A stretch of 64,000 bases of DNA from Thermodesulfobacteriota bacterium (lineage in GTDB: Bacteria > DASVDK01): contig DASVDK010000177.1 in the NCBI GenBank assembly GCA_036381125.1, positions 6,104-70,103 on the forward strand, in the 5' to 3' direction. The position numbers and the translations under genes were made by a program. Every line of letters starts with the position of its first letter. Positions within the stretch are counted from its first letter, which is position 1. The notes beneath the pieces were generated by a model. It was not told where the DNA came from and ran no database searches. It saw nothing but the letters and a program-made list of their open reading frames with translations. This document shows, piece after piece, positions 46,907-57,051 of the stretch.

Positions 46907-48280
46907 TCAGCGCCTCGCCTCCCACGCGTTCATGCCGCCCACCACGTTGAACACCTCGCGGAAGCCGGCGCGGGCGAGGAGGCTCGCCGCGACACTCGAC
47001 CGGTAGCCGCTCTGGCAGACGACGGCCAGGGGCGCGTCGCGCGGGGGGAGCCCCTCGCCCGACGCCAGCCTCGCCGGCAACTCGCCGAGCGGCAGGTGTC
47101 GGGCGCTCTCGAGGTGCCCCCCGCTCCACTCCGGCGGCCGCCGCACGTCGAGCACGAGCGGTGCACGCGCCGGGTCCTCGAGCCGGCGCGCCAGCTCGTC
47201 GGCCGGCATCTGCGCCAGCGTCGCCACGGGGCGGCCGGCGGCCGCCCACGCCGCGAGCCCTTCCTCGAGCACGCCGACCACCCGCTCGATGCCGACCCGC
47301 GCGAGCCGGATGCGCGCCTCCTCGGCGCGCTGCGGGTCCTCGGCCACGAGCACGACGGGGGTGTCGAGGCCGATCACGGCGCCGGCCCACGCGGCGAACT
47401 GCCCGCCGAGGCCGATGTTGACCGAGCCGGGCAGATGCCCGGCGCCGAACCGGGCCGGATCGCGCGTATCGAGCACGACGGCGCCGGCGGCCAGCTCGCG
47501 CGCCGCGGCCTCGGGCGAGAGGGGGGCGGGGGGCGGCAGGCCGGTGAGGAGGGGCGGACCGCTCCGGTTGATCTCGGCGTCGCGCCCGAAGTAGCCCGGC
47601 AGCTCGGGGAGGTCGGTCGTCATCATCCGGACGAACACCTCGCGCGACATCGGCGCGAGGGCGTAGTTGAAGCGGCGCTCGCGGCCGATGGTCGAGCGGG
47701 TGTCGGAGGAGAGGTTGCGGCCGCAGAGCGATCCCGCGCCGTGCGCCGGATAGACCACGACGTCGTCGGGCAGCGCGAGGAGCGTGCCGTGGAGGCTGTC
47801 GTAGAGCTGCCCGGCCAGGGTCTCGGCCGAGACGCCGCGCGCGGCCACGAGATCGGGCCGCCCCACGTCGCCGATGAAGAGGGTGTCGCCGGTGAGGACC
47901 GCAACCGGCCGGCCGCCCTCCACGACGAGCAGCGAGATGCTCTCCGGCGTGTGCCCCGGCGTCTCGAGGACGCGCAGGCGCACGCCGCCGAGCGCGATCT
48001 CGTCGCCGTGGCGGGCCGCCATGTGGGGGAAGGCGACCCCGGCACGGTGTCCGAAGACGATCGTCGCGCCCGTGCGCGCGGCCAGCTCCCGGTGGCCCGA
48101 GACGAAGTCGGCGTGGACGTGCGTCTCGACGACGTAGCGGATCTCGAGGCCGTGCCGCGCCGCCGCCTCCAGGTACGGGTCGACGTCGCGCCGGGGGTCG
48201 ACGACCGCCGCGACGCCGCCGTCGCCGACGAGATAGGAGGCCTGGGCGAGACAGCCGAGGTAGATCTGCTCGAGGACCAT
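46907..48280 (-). CDS. MBL-fold persulfide dioxygenase fused to two rhodanese domains (CstB-like)
   Basis: HVHADFVSG metal site. First rhodanese contains …AGHLPGSVNI…. Second rhodanese has the catalytic Cys in VVCQSGYRS. ATG at 48280 with a ggagg SD. Confidence 0.8.
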   Translation of the reverse strand: MVLEQIYLGCLAQASYLVGDGGVAAVVDPRRDVDPYLEAAARHGLEIRYVVETHVHADFVSGHRELAARTGATIVFGHRAGVAFPHMAARHGDEIALGGVRLRVLETPGHTPESISLLVVEGGRPVAVLTGDTLFIGDVGRPDLVAARGVSAETLAGQLYDSLHGTLLALPDDVVVYPAHGAGSLCGRNLSSDTRSTIGRERRFNYALAPMSREVFVRMMTTDLPELPGYFGRDAEINRSGPPLLTGLPPPAPLSPEAAARELAAGAVVLDTRDPARFGAGHLPGSVNIGLGGQFAAWAGAVIGLDTPVVLVAEDPQRAEEARIRLARVGIERVVGVLEEGLAAWAAAGRPVATLAQMPADELARRLEDPARAPLVLDVRRPPEWSGGHLESARHLPLGELPARLASGEGLPPRDAPLAVVCQSGYRSSVAASLLARAGFREVFNVVGGMNAWEARR

Positions 48281-48551
48281 GGGGCACCTCCGGGGAGGCG
48301 TCCGGGCCGGGCCCGTGCCGGCAGAGTCTCGGGGGAGGGCTCCGGCAGGGGCCTCCCGCCGCGCCACGTCGTTCGACCGCCCCCGCTCGGCGGGGGACGA
48401 TACGGCTCCTGTCCCGGCGTGCCGCCCACGGACCGGCGTCACGGCGCCCGGGCCTTTGGCCCGGGGCCGCTTGCGCGGCCCGCCTCAACGCTCCGGTGCC
48501 GGCGGCCGCCGCGTTCCGGCCGGTCCCGCAACCGGCCGCTGCGGACGGGCC

Positions 48552-49244
48552 CTAGAGCGCGGCCGGCCGCTCGGGGGCGTCGAGATCGAGGCAGCCCTCG
48601 GGCGCGCGGCCGTCGAGGAGGGCGCTCACCACGTCCCGGTACCGCGCCTCGTCCGCGACGCCGGCGAGGACGAACCGCTCGTCGAAGACCACGGTCGGCA
48701 CGCCGGTGAAGCCGAGCGCCCGGGCGCCGGCGTCGTCGGCGAACGCGTCGGGCAGGAACGCACCCTGCTCGAGCCCGATGGCGAGCGGCGTCGGGTCCAG
48801 GCCGACCGCCGAGGCGCACTGCAGGATGACGCCGGGGTTGCCCGTGTCGCGCCCTTCGACGAAGAGCGCCTCCTGCAGGCGCCGCAGAAGCACGAGGTGC
48901 GCCGCCATCCCGGCGATCTCCTCGGCCCCCTTGACGGCCGCGGCCGCCGGCAGGGAGAGCGGCATGCGCGCGAGCTGCCGGCGCGCCCGGTCCGGGTCGA
49001 TCGCCTCGCCGCCCGGCTGCGCCTTCGCCCGCGCCCACCCGGCCAGGATCGCCTCGGTCCGCGCGGCCTGGTCGGGCCATCGCCTGAGCGCCTCGGTCTC
49101 GTCGCGGGCGAGCAGGAACACCTTCCCGGCGAGCGTCACCCGGTCGCCGAACGCCTCCGCCACGCGCCGCAGCCGGACGGCCGAGAGGAACGACCAGACG
49201 CAGACCGGATCGTGGAAGAGGAGGATGCGGACCGGATCGCCCAT
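48552..49244 (-). CDS. DsbA-like thioredoxin-fold protein (FrnE/HCCA isomerase-like), single Cys
   Basis: …ILLFHDPVCVWSF… has a thioredoxin-fold N-terminus without a CxxC motif. Start inferred at MGDPV. Confidence 0.65.
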   Translation of the reverse strand: MGDPVRILLFHDPVCVWSFLSAVRLRRVAEAFGDRVTLAGKVFLLARDETEALRRWPDQAARTEAILAGWARAKAQPGGEAIDPDRARRQLARMPLSLPAAAAVKGAEEIAGMAAHLVLLRRLQEALFVEGRDTGNPGVILQCASAVGLDPTPLAIGLEQGAFLPDAFADDAGARALGFTGVPTVVFDERFVLAGVADEARYRDVVSALLDGRAPEGCLDLDAPERPAAL

Positions 49245-49274
49245 GACGGCAGAGGGTAGCGCTACCCTCCGGGG

Positions 49275-49841
49275 ATGCCCTCCCCGCTGGGACACGCACT
49301 CGCCGGGCTCGCCCTGGCCGTCGCCCTCGCGCCCGGGGCCCGCGTCGCGTCGGCGGCCGTTCTCGCCGTCGCGGCGAGCCTGTCGCCCGACCTGGACTTC
49401 GTCCCGGGCCTCCTCGTCGGCGACCCCGGACGCTACCACCACCACGGGGCGAGCCACAGCGTGGGGGCCGCCGCCGCGGCGGCCCTCCTCGGCGGCGCGC
49501 TCGCGGCCTCCCCTTACGGGCGGGCAACCGGTCTCGCCTCCGTCGGCGCGGGACGCGCGGCGCTCCTCTGCGGGCTCGCGGTGCTCGCGCACGTCGTCCT
49601 CGACGCGCTCGCCGTCGACACGTCGCGGCCGTACGGGGTCGCCCTCCTCTGGCCGTTCGACGGCGCGTACCTGATCAGCCCGTGGACCCCCTTCGCCGAC
49701 ATCCAGCGCGAGGAGAGCGACGCGTCCGCCTTCTTCCGGACGCTCGCGAGCTCGCACAACCTGCGCGCCGTGGTCGTCGAGGCGGCCCTGATCGGCCCGC
49801 TCGTCCTCCTCGCGGTGTTGGCCCGCCGCCGGACGCGATGA
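49275..49841 (+). CDS. membrane-bound metal-dependent hydrolase (YdjM/DUF457-like)
   Basis: …SPDLDFVPGLLVGDPGRYHHHGASHS… and …HVVLDAL…. Same family as 8933..9997. Confidence 0.6.
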   Translation: MPSPLGHALAGLALAVALAPGARVASAAVLAVAASLSPDLDFVPGLLVGDPGRYHHHGASHSVGAAAAAALLGGALAASPYGRATGLASVGAGRAALLCGLAVLAHVVLDALAVDTSRPYGVALLWPFDGAYLISPWTPFADIQREESDASAFFRTLASSHNLRAVVVEAALIGPLVLLAVLARRRTR

Positions 49842-50326
49842 CCGACGACGCGCGGTTCATGGCAATGGCCCTGCGGGAGGCCAGGCGGGCGGCCCGCCTC
49901 GGCGAGGTCCCGGTCGGGGCCGTGCTCGTCGGGCCGTCGCCCGACGGCGCGGCGGTCGTGCTCGCGGCCGGCCACAACCTGCGAGAGGCCCGCCAGGACC
50001 CCACCGCGCACGCCGAGATGCTCGCCATCCGCCGCGCGAGCCGCCGCCTCGGCGCCTGGCGCCTCACCGGGACCACGCTCTACGTGACGCTCGAGCCGTG
50101 CCCCATGTGCGCGGGCGCGCTCGTTCTGGCACGCGTCGCGCGCCTGGTCTTCGGCTGCCGCGACCCCAAGGCGGGGGCCGTGGGGTCGCTCTACGACCTC
50201 GCCCGCGACCGGCGGCTCAACCACCGCCTGAGCGTCACCGAGGGGGTCCTCGGCGACGAGGCGGCGGCGCTTCTCAGCGACTTCTTCCGGGCGCGGCGGC
50301 GCGGCGGCGAGGCGGCCCGACGCTGA
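49837..50326 (+). CDS. tadA: tRNA-specific adenosine deaminase
   Basis: HAEMLAI…TLEPCPMCAGAL zinc motifs. Its ATG overlaps the upstream stop. Confidence 0.9.
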
Positions 50327-50422
50327 AAAAACGGAGCGATTTCGAGGCTTTCGGAGACATCGCGCGCTTGACGCCCCCGGACGCCGGTGGTACAGTCCCC
50401 TACCAGTTTTCGCCGGTTGCGC

Positions 50423-50515
<93 letters not shown>

Positions 50516-50563
50516 TCTGTGGAGGCGGGGTGCCCGGGGCGCCCCGCGTCGCCTGCATGCCCC

Positions 50564-50657
50564 GGAGAGATGTCCGAGTGGTTGAAGGAGCACGCCTGGA
50601 GAGCGTGTAGGCTGGCTCAAACCGGCCTCGAGGGTTCGAATCCCTCTCTCTCCGCCA
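50564..50657 (+). tRNA. tRNA-Ser (anticodon GGA)
   Basis: Same acceptor stem, anticodon loop CUGGAGA, long variable arm, TTCGAATCC T-loop and a 3' CCA. Confidence 0.9.
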
Positions 50658-50689
50658 GACACGCAGCAGCCCCGCCAGGCCGGCGCCGT

Positions 50690-50803
50690 GAGCGGTGGTC
50701 GCTGGGTCCTTCGCAACGGAGCGCGGCGAACCCCGCCAGGTCCGGAAGGAAGCAACGGTACCCGTTTCCTCCGTGTGCCGAAGGGGTGCCTAGCGATCAC
50801 CCT
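50690..50803 (+). ncRNA. ffs: signal recognition particle RNA (4.5S/ffs-like)
   Basis: Contains CAGGUCCGGAAGGAAGCA (helix 8 motif) and GUGUGCCG. The 5' GGUGGUCGCUGGGUCC can pair with the 3' GCCUAGCGAUCACC. It sits upstream of dnaX as in scr-dnaX-ybaB-recR arrangements. Ends are approximate. Confidence 0.7.
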
Positions 50804-50858
50804 TGACGGCGTCGGCCGGGCCCGGGGCGACCCGGACCCTGGCCGACCCGGAGTACCG

Positions 50859-52655
50859 ATGGCCGACACCGGCGCCGCCTACCAGGTCATTGCCCGCAAG
50901 TGGCGTCCACCGACGTTCGACGACCTCGTCGGGCAGCGGCACGTCGCCCGGACGCTGCAGAACGCCATTCGCACCGGCCGTCTCGGCCACGCCTTCCTCT
51001 TCACCGGTCCGCGCGGGGTCGGCAAGACGTCGGCCGCGCGCATCCTGGCGAAGGCGCTCAACTGCACCGCCGCCCCCGGGCCCAACCCGACCCCCTGCGG
51101 CGCCTGCGCCTCGTGCGAGGCGGTCGCGGCCGGCACCGCGGTGGACGTCGTCGAGATCGACGGCGCGTCGAACAACGGCGTCGACGAGGTGCGGGAGCTG
51201 CGGGAGAACGTCAAGTACCTGCCGGCCTCGTCGCGCTTCAAGGTGTACATCATCGACGAGGTCCACATGCTGTCGACGGCGGCCTTCAACGCCCTCCTCA
51301 AGACCCTCGAGGAGCCGCCGGCGCACGTGAAGTTCGTCTTCGCCACGACCGAGGTCCACAAGGTCCCGGCCACCATCCTCTCGCGCTGCCAGCGGTTCGA
51401 CTTCCGCCGCATCCCGCTCGACGAGGTGACCGCGCGCCTCGGGACGATCACCGAGGCCGACGGCGTCAAGGCGGACGTCCGGGCCCTGCGCCTCATCGCG
51501 CGCCAGGGGGAGGGGAGCATGCGCGACGCGCAGAGCCTCCTCGACCAGGTCATCGCCTACGCGGGCAGCGGCGAGGTGACCGAGGCAATGGTGCGCGAGG
51601 TGCTCGGCATCTCGGACCGCGCCGCGGTCCGCGACCTCGCCGACGCGGTCCTCGCGCGCGACGCGGCGGCGGCCCTGGTCGGGCTCGACGCGCTCTACCG
51701 GGGCGGCTCGGACCTCCGGCAGCTCGCGCGGGACCTCCTCGAGCACTTCCGGCACCTGCTCCTCGCCCGCGTCGCCGGCGCGAAGGCGCTCGAGGCGGAG
51801 CTCGGGCCGGACGACGCCGCCGAGGTGGTCCGCCGTGCGGAGGGGCACGGCGTCGACGAGCTGCAGGCGCTCGTCGGCCTCCTCGTCAGGGGCGAGGAGG
51901 AGCTCTCCCGCGCGCCGGCCCCGCGGCTCGCCTTCGAGGTCACGCTGATCCGCATGGCGCGCGTGGCCGAGCTGCGATCGCTCGGCGACATCCTGGCCGA
52001 CCTCGACCGTCTCGGCGCCCGCCTCGGCGGCGGCGACGGGACGGCCGGCTCGGGGAGCGGTCCGGACGGCGGCAAGCGCGGGCCCGGCTCGGCCGGGCCA
52101 GGCCGCGGGGGTGCCGGGCACCCGGCCGAGAGGTCGGGTGCCACGGGCGGAACGCCGCGGAGCAGCGCCGCCCGGGCGTCCACGGGCGAAGGCGGGCCTG
52201 CGCGCGGCGGCCGCGGGGCAGGGGCCGCGGCGCCCATCGAGCTGACGCCCGAGCGGTGGGTCGACGCCGTGCAGTTCGTGGCGTCGCGGAAGCCGGCCCT
52301 CGGCGCGATCCTTGAAGAGGCCGTGCTGCTCGAGGCGGCGCCCGGCCGGGTTTCGCTCGGCATGCCCGAGGGCAACCCCTTCCACGAGGACACGCTTGCC
52401 GACGCGGCGCGTTCCGGGGTCCTCACCGACCTCCTCGCGCAGGCGACCGGCCGGCGCTACGAGGTGCGGGTGGGGCGACTCACGGCCGGCATGTCGCCTC
52501 TCGCGCCGTCGGTGGCCGAGACCGCCGAGGCCAGGGCGAGGCGCGAGCGGGACGCGCTCCTCGCCGAAGCGCTCGCGCACCCGGTGGTGCAGGCCGCGGC
52601 CGAGGTCTTCGAGCTTGCGCCCGACGCCCTCGCCGTGAAGCCGCTCGCGAGCTAG
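50859..52655 (+). CDS. dnaX: DNA polymerase III subunits gamma/tau
   Basis: AAA+ Walker A GPRGVGKTS and zinc module CGACASCE, then a Gly/Pro-rich tau linker. Confidence 0.95.
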   Translation: MADTGAAYQVIARKWRPPTFDDLVGQRHVARTLQNAIRTGRLGHAFLFTGPRGVGKTSAARILAKALNCTAAPGPNPTPCGACASCEAVAAGTAVDVVEIDGASNNGVDEVRELRENVKYLPASSRFKVYIIDEVHMLSTAAFNALLKTLEEPPAHVKFVFATTEVHKVPATILSRCQRFDFRRIPLDEVTARLGTITEADGVKADVRALRLIARQGEGSMRDAQSLLDQVIAYAGSGEVTEAMVREVLGISDRAAVRDLADAVLARDAAAALVGLDALYRGGSDLRQLARDLLEHFRHLLLARVAGAKALEAELGPDDAAEVVRRAEGHGVDELQALVGLLVRGEEELSRAPAPRLAFEVTLIRMARVAELRSLGDILADLDRLGARLGGGDGTAGSGSGPDGGKRGPGSAGPGRGGAGHPAERSGATGGTPRSSAARASTGEGGPARGGRGAGAAAPIELTPERWVDAVQFVASRKPALGAILEEAVLLEAAPGRVSLGMPEGNPFHEDTLADAARSGVLTDLLAQATGRRYEVRVGRLTAGMSPLAPSVAETAEARARRERDALLAEALAHPVVQAAAEVFELAPDALAVKPLAS

Positions 52656-52698
52656 GGTCACGGAGGACGCCGGAGCGGACGCCGGCCGCGAGCCGTTA

Positions 52699-53052
52699 AT
52701 GGAGATTCGCATGAACAAGAACATCGGCCAGCTCCTCAAGCAAGCCCAGAAGATGCAGCAGAAGATGCAGGAGCTGCAGGAGGAGCTGGGGAAGAAGACC
52801 ATCGAGGCGACGGCGGGCGGCGGCATGGTCACGGCCGTGGTCAACGGCAAGCAGGAGCTGGTGTCGCTCAGGATCGAGAAGGAGGTGATCGACCCGAACG
52901 ACGCCGCCATGCTCCAGGACCTCGTGGTCGCCGCCGTCAACGAGGCGATGGGCAAAGCCCGTCAGCTCGTGGCCGACGAGATGGGGAAGCTCACCGGCAG
53001 TCTCGGGCTGCCCGGCCTCGGGGGCCCGGGCGGTGGAGGGTTTCCCTTCTGA
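52699..53052 (+). CDS. ybaB: nucleoid-associated protein YbaB/EbfC
   Basis: …[21 protein letters not shown]…[27 protein letters not shown]…. Confidence 0.9.
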   Translation: MEIRMNKNIGQLLKQAQKMQQKMQELQEELGKKTIEATAGGGMVTAVVNGKQELVSLRIEKEVIDPNDAAMLQDLVVAAVNEAMGKARQLVADEMGKLTGSLGLPGLGGPGGGGFPF

Positions 53053-53648
53053 TCCCCTACGCCGGCCCCATCGCGGCCCTCATCGCCGAGCTGGCCAAGC
53101 TGCCGGGGGTGGGGGAGAAGACCGCCTCGCGGCTCGCCTTCCACATCCTGCGCGCCCCCCGGGGGGACGCCGACGCGCTGGCGCACGCCATCTTGCGGGT
53201 CAAGGACGAGATCCGGCTCTGCGGCACCTGCTTCAACGTGACCGACGTCGATCCCTGCCGCATCTGCGCGGACCCGAAGCGGGATCCGGCGCTCATCTGC
53301 GTCGTCGAGGAGCCGCCCGACCTCCTGGCCATCGAGCGGACGCGCGAGTACCGGGGGCGCTACCACGTGCTGCACGGCGCCCTCAACCCCATCGAGGGGG
53401 TCGGGCCGGAGGCGCTGCGCATCCGGGAGCTGCTCACGCGCCTCGCCGACGGCGAGGCGCGTGAGGTCATCCTCGCCACGAACCCGAACGTCGAGGGGGA
53501 GGCCACCGCCATCTATCTGTCGAAGCTCCTCAGGCCGCTCGGCGTGACGGTCAGCCGCATCGCCCACGGGGTGCCGATGGGGGGCGAACTGGAGTACGCC
53601 GACGAGGCGACGCTCGCGCGCGCCCTCGAGGGGCGCCGCGCGTTCTGA
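53052..53648 (+). CDS. recR: recombination protein RecR
   Basis: Hh[18 protein letters not shown], zinc finger [16 protein letters not shown] and a Toprim domain. Conserved N-terminal residues ([16 protein letters not shown]) start at 53052, but the first canonical start is the GTG at 53109. Confidence 0.8.
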   Translation: MPYAGPIAALIAELAKLPGVGEKTASRLAFHILRAPRGDADALAHAILRVKDEIRLCGTCFNVTDVDPCRICADPKRDPALICVVEEPPDLLAIERTREYRGRYHVLHGALNPIEGVGPEALRIRELLTRLADGEAREVILATNPNVEGEATAIYLSKLLRPLGVTVSRIAHGVPMGGELEYADEATLARALEGRRAF

Positions 53649-53784
53649 CCCTCGCGCCGAGCGCCGCGACCGACCGACGGCCGCCCGCGGAGTTGCGGGC
53701 GAAGCCGGGGCCGCGGGCCCGGCGGCGGCCGGAAGGTCTCGTTCGGCTTACGGTTTCGTCCCCCTTCCCGCCCCTTCCCGCCGC

Positions 53785-53811
53785 TTGACAACCCCCACGG
53801 CCTGGTATAGT
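53785..53811 (+). promoter_or_regulatory. sigma70-like promoter candidate TTGACA-N15-TATAGT upstream of mglBA
   Basis: Near-consensus hexamers seen directly. It is preceded by a tandem CCCTTCCCGC x2 and followed by a GCGCGCC-N3-GGCGCGC hairpin at 53829-53845. It lies 69 nt before the mglB ATG. Confidence 0.45.
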
Positions 53812-53879
53812 GTCCGCGCCCACTTGCCCGAGAGCGCGCCCCGGGCGCGCCCCGAGTCGGCTCCGGAGAATGATCGCGC

Positions 53880-54368
53880 ATGGCTGGTCCGTCGCTCGTC
53901 ATGTATGAGGGTGAGTTCAAGCAGATCAACGCCCTCATCGAGAAGCTGTGCCGGGAAGCCAACGCCAAGGTCGTCTTTCTGGTCGACAAGAACGGTCAGC
54001 TCATCGCGGCCACCGGCGAGACCAACGGCCTCGACACGACCTCCCTCGCCTCCCTCACCGCCGGCAACATCGCCGCGACCGGCGGCCTCGCGAAGCTGAT
54101 CGGCGAGAAGGAGTTCTCCGTCCTCTTCCACGAGGGCGAGCGCGACCACATCCACATCACGCTCGTCGGCTCGCGCGTGATCCTGGTGGTCATCTTCGAC
54201 CAGCGCTCCTCGCTCGGGCTCGTGCGGCTCAGGGTCAAGAAGGTGGCCGACGAACTCGGGACGATCTTCGGCGCGCTGCTCAAGAAGGTGGAGGCGACCA
54301 ACCACGACGCCGACTCGCCGTTCGCCGAGATCACCGACGACGACATCGACAACCTCTTCCGGGAGTAG
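53880..54368 (+). CDS. mglB: Roadblock/LC7 GTPase-activating protein MglB
   Basis: …VMYEGEFKQINALIEKLCREANAKVVFLVDKNGQLIAATGET…SLASLTAGNIAATGGLAKLIGE… closely matches my recollection of M. xanthus MglB (no alignment run). Confidence 0.95.
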   Translation: MAGPSLVMYEGEFKQINALIEKLCREANAKVVFLVDKNGQLIAATGETNGLDTTSLASLTAGNIAATGGLAKLIGEKEFSVLFHEGERDHIHITLVGSRVILVVIFDQRSSLGLVRLRVKKVADELGTIFGALLKKVEATNHDADSPFAEITDDDIDNLFRE

Positions 54369-54377
54369 GCGGCCGCG

Positions 54378-54970
<593 letters not shown>

Positions 54971-54971
<1 letters not shown>

Positions 54972-54987
54972 GGTCCCGCGCGGACCC
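54971..54987 (+). terminator. candidate intrinsic terminator hairpin after mglA
   Basis: GGGTCC-gcgc-GGACCC directly follows the mglA stop. No U-tract, as is common in high-GC genomes. Confidence 0.3.
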
Positions 54988-55104
54988 GCACGCCCGCTCG
55001 GACGCGATCGCCGCCCGGTTGCTCCGGCCGGCGGCATACCGCTCGCCTTCCGGCCGCCGGCCCCCGTCCGGCGCGCGCTACGATTCCCCCGAGACGAGAG
55101 CCGA

Positions 55105-56229
55105 ATGCGTTCGCATCGCGCGCACGACTCGCCGGCCTTTCGCCTCGAGTGGGCCGAGCCTGCCGACGGCCGGGCGCGCCTGCGCATCACCGGTGCCCTC
55201 GTGCTGCGGGATGCCGCTGCCTTCTCGAGGGAGGTCCGCCGCCTGCCGCCCGACGCGAAGGTCGTGCTGGACCTCGCCGGGCTCACCCGCGTCGACGCCG
55301 GCACGGCGGCGCTCCTCGTGCGCCTCGCGTCCGCACGCGGGACGGGCGACATCGTCGGCGCGTCGGGTCAGGTCGCGGCGATGCTCGCGCTGGTCGCGCC
55401 GCGCGGCACGGTCCTCCCCCCCGCGCCGCCGCCCACGGGCCTCCTCGAGCAGATCGGTGGAGGCCTCCTCAACCTGCGGGACGAGGCGAAGGCGACGCTC
55501 GGCTTCCTCGGGGACGCCGTCGTCGCGGCGGGTGCGGCCATCGGCGCGCCGCGGTCCGTTCGCTGGCGCGACGTCGCGCCGCTCATGGAGCGCGCGGGCG
55601 CCGAGGCGGTGCCGATCGTCGCCCTCGTCAACTTCCTCGTCGGCCTCATCCTCGGCTTCCAGGCGGCGGTCCAGCTCCGCCAGGTCGGCGGCAGCATCTT
55701 CGTCGCCGACCTGGTGGGCATCGCCATGACGCGGGAGCTGGGACCGCTCATGACGGCGATCGTCGTGACCGGCCGCTCCGGCGCCGCGTTCGCGGCCGAG
55801 CTCGGCACCATGGCGGTGAACGAGGAGGTCGACGCCCTCGAGACGCTCGGCCTCGACCCGCATCGGTTCCTCGTCCTGCCGCGCACCCTCGCGCTCGTCC
55901 TCGTCGCGCCGCTCCTCACGGTCATCGCCGACGTCATGGGCATCCTCGGGGGCCTCGGCGTCGGCGTCGGCGGGCTCGACCTCACGGCCCTCGCGTACCT
56001 CACCGAGACCCGGCAGGCGCTCACGCCGTGGGACGTCGGCTCCGGCCTCCTCAAGTCGGTCGTCTTCGCCCTCATCGTGGCCCTCGTGGCGTGCGGCCGC
56101 GGGCTCGCCACGCGGGGCGGGGCGGCCGGCGTCGGGCGGTCGACGACAGCGGCCGTCGTGTCGATCCTCTTCCTCCTCGTTGCGGCCGACGCGGTCTTCA
56201 CCGCGCTCTTCCACGTCTTCGGGCGCTAG
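55105..56229 (+). CDS. MlaE-family ABC permease with N-terminal STAS domain
   Basis: STAS region …VVLDLAGLTRVDAGTAALLVRL…, then the MlaE core …LGPLMTAIVVTGRSGAAFAAELGTMAVNEEVDALETLGLDP…. Confidence 0.8.
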   Translation: MRSHRAHDSPAFRLEWAEPADGRARLRITGALVLRDAAAFSREVRRLPPDAKVVLDLAGLTRVDAGTAALLVRLASARGTGDIVGASGQVAAMLALVAPRGTVLPPAPPPTGLLEQIGGGLLNLRDEAKATLGFLGDAVVAAGAAIGAPRSVRWRDVAPLMERAGAEAVPIVALVNFLVGLILGFQAAVQLRQVGGSIFVADLVGIAMTRELGPLMTAIVVTGRSGAAFAAELGTMAVNEEVDALETLGLDPHRFLVLPRTLALVLVAPLLTVIADVMGILGGLGVGVGGLDLTALAYLTETRQALTPWDVGSGLLKSVVFALIVALVACGRGLATRGGAAGVGRSTTAAVVSILFLLVAADAVFTALFHVFGR

Positions 56230-56312
56230 CGGGGGGATGCGTCCGTCCGGGTCGTTCACGCCGCTCCGCGGGTCCGGGCGGCGACGTGCGACCCGGCGGG
56301 TCTAGCCCGGCC

Positions 56313-57047
56313 ATGGCCGTCATCGAGGTCGAGGACCTGGCGATCGGCTACGACGACGAGCCGGTCCTCGAGCACCTCACCTTCGAGGTCGCGGACGGGG
56401 ACATCTTTTTCGTCATCGGGGGCAGCGGCTCCGGGAAGTCGACCCTCCTCAGGGCCCTCGTCGGCCTCCTCCCGCCGCTCCGCGGTCGGGTCCGGGTCGC
56501 GGATGGCGAGTCCGCCGCGGCGCGGCGAGCGCCGCCGTCCCTCGGCGTCGTCTTCCAGTCGGGCGGGCTCTTCGGCTCGATGACGCTCGCCGAGAACGTG
56601 GCCCTCCCGCTCGAGGCCTGGACGGACCTCGACGCGGCCGCCATCGAGACGATCGTGTGCAGCAAGCTCGACCTCGTCGGCCTGCGCGGGGCGGAGCACC
56701 GGCTGCCGGCCGAGGCCTCGGGGGGGATGGTCAAGCGAGCGGGCATCGCCAGGGCCCTGGCGCTCGAGCCGCGGCTGCTCGTCCTCGACGAGCCCTCCGC
56801 CGGGCTCGACCCGGTCGTCTCGGCCGAGATCGACGACCTCGTCCTCGCGCTCAACCGGAGCCTCGGCACGACGTTTGTGATCGTGTCCCACGAGCTCGCG
56901 AGCATCCTGACCATCGGCCGGCACTGCATCATGCTCGACCGCGAGGCGCGCGGCATCATCGCGCGGGGCGACCCGCGGCAGCTCGCGGCCCGTGCCGAGG
57001 ACCCGAGGGTGCGGCGCTTCTTCGACCGGATGCCGGCACGGAGGTGA
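56313..57047 (+). CDS. MlaF-like ABC transporter ATP-binding protein
   Basis: GGSGSGKSTLL, ASGGMVKRAGIARAL and VLDEPSAGLD motifs. Confidence 0.85.
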   Translation: MAVIEVEDLAIGYDDEPVLEHLTFEVADGDIFFVIGGSGSGKSTLLRALVGLLPPLRGRVRVADGESAAARRAPPSLGVVFQSGGLFGSMTLAENVALPLEAWTDLDAAAIETIVCSKLDLVGLRGAEHRLPAEASGGMVKRAGIARALALEPRLLVLDEPSAGLDPVVSAEIDDLVLALNRSLGTTFVIVSHELASILTIGRHCIMLDREARGIIARGDPRQLAARAEDPRVRRFFDRMPARR

Positions 57048-57051
57048 CGCC

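Noticed and set aside
53109-53111. Treating the GTG at 53109 as the true recR start
   Set aside because: Twenty upstream in-frame residues align to the conserved RecR N-terminal helix, so the protein almost certainly starts near 53052 despite lacking a canonical codon.
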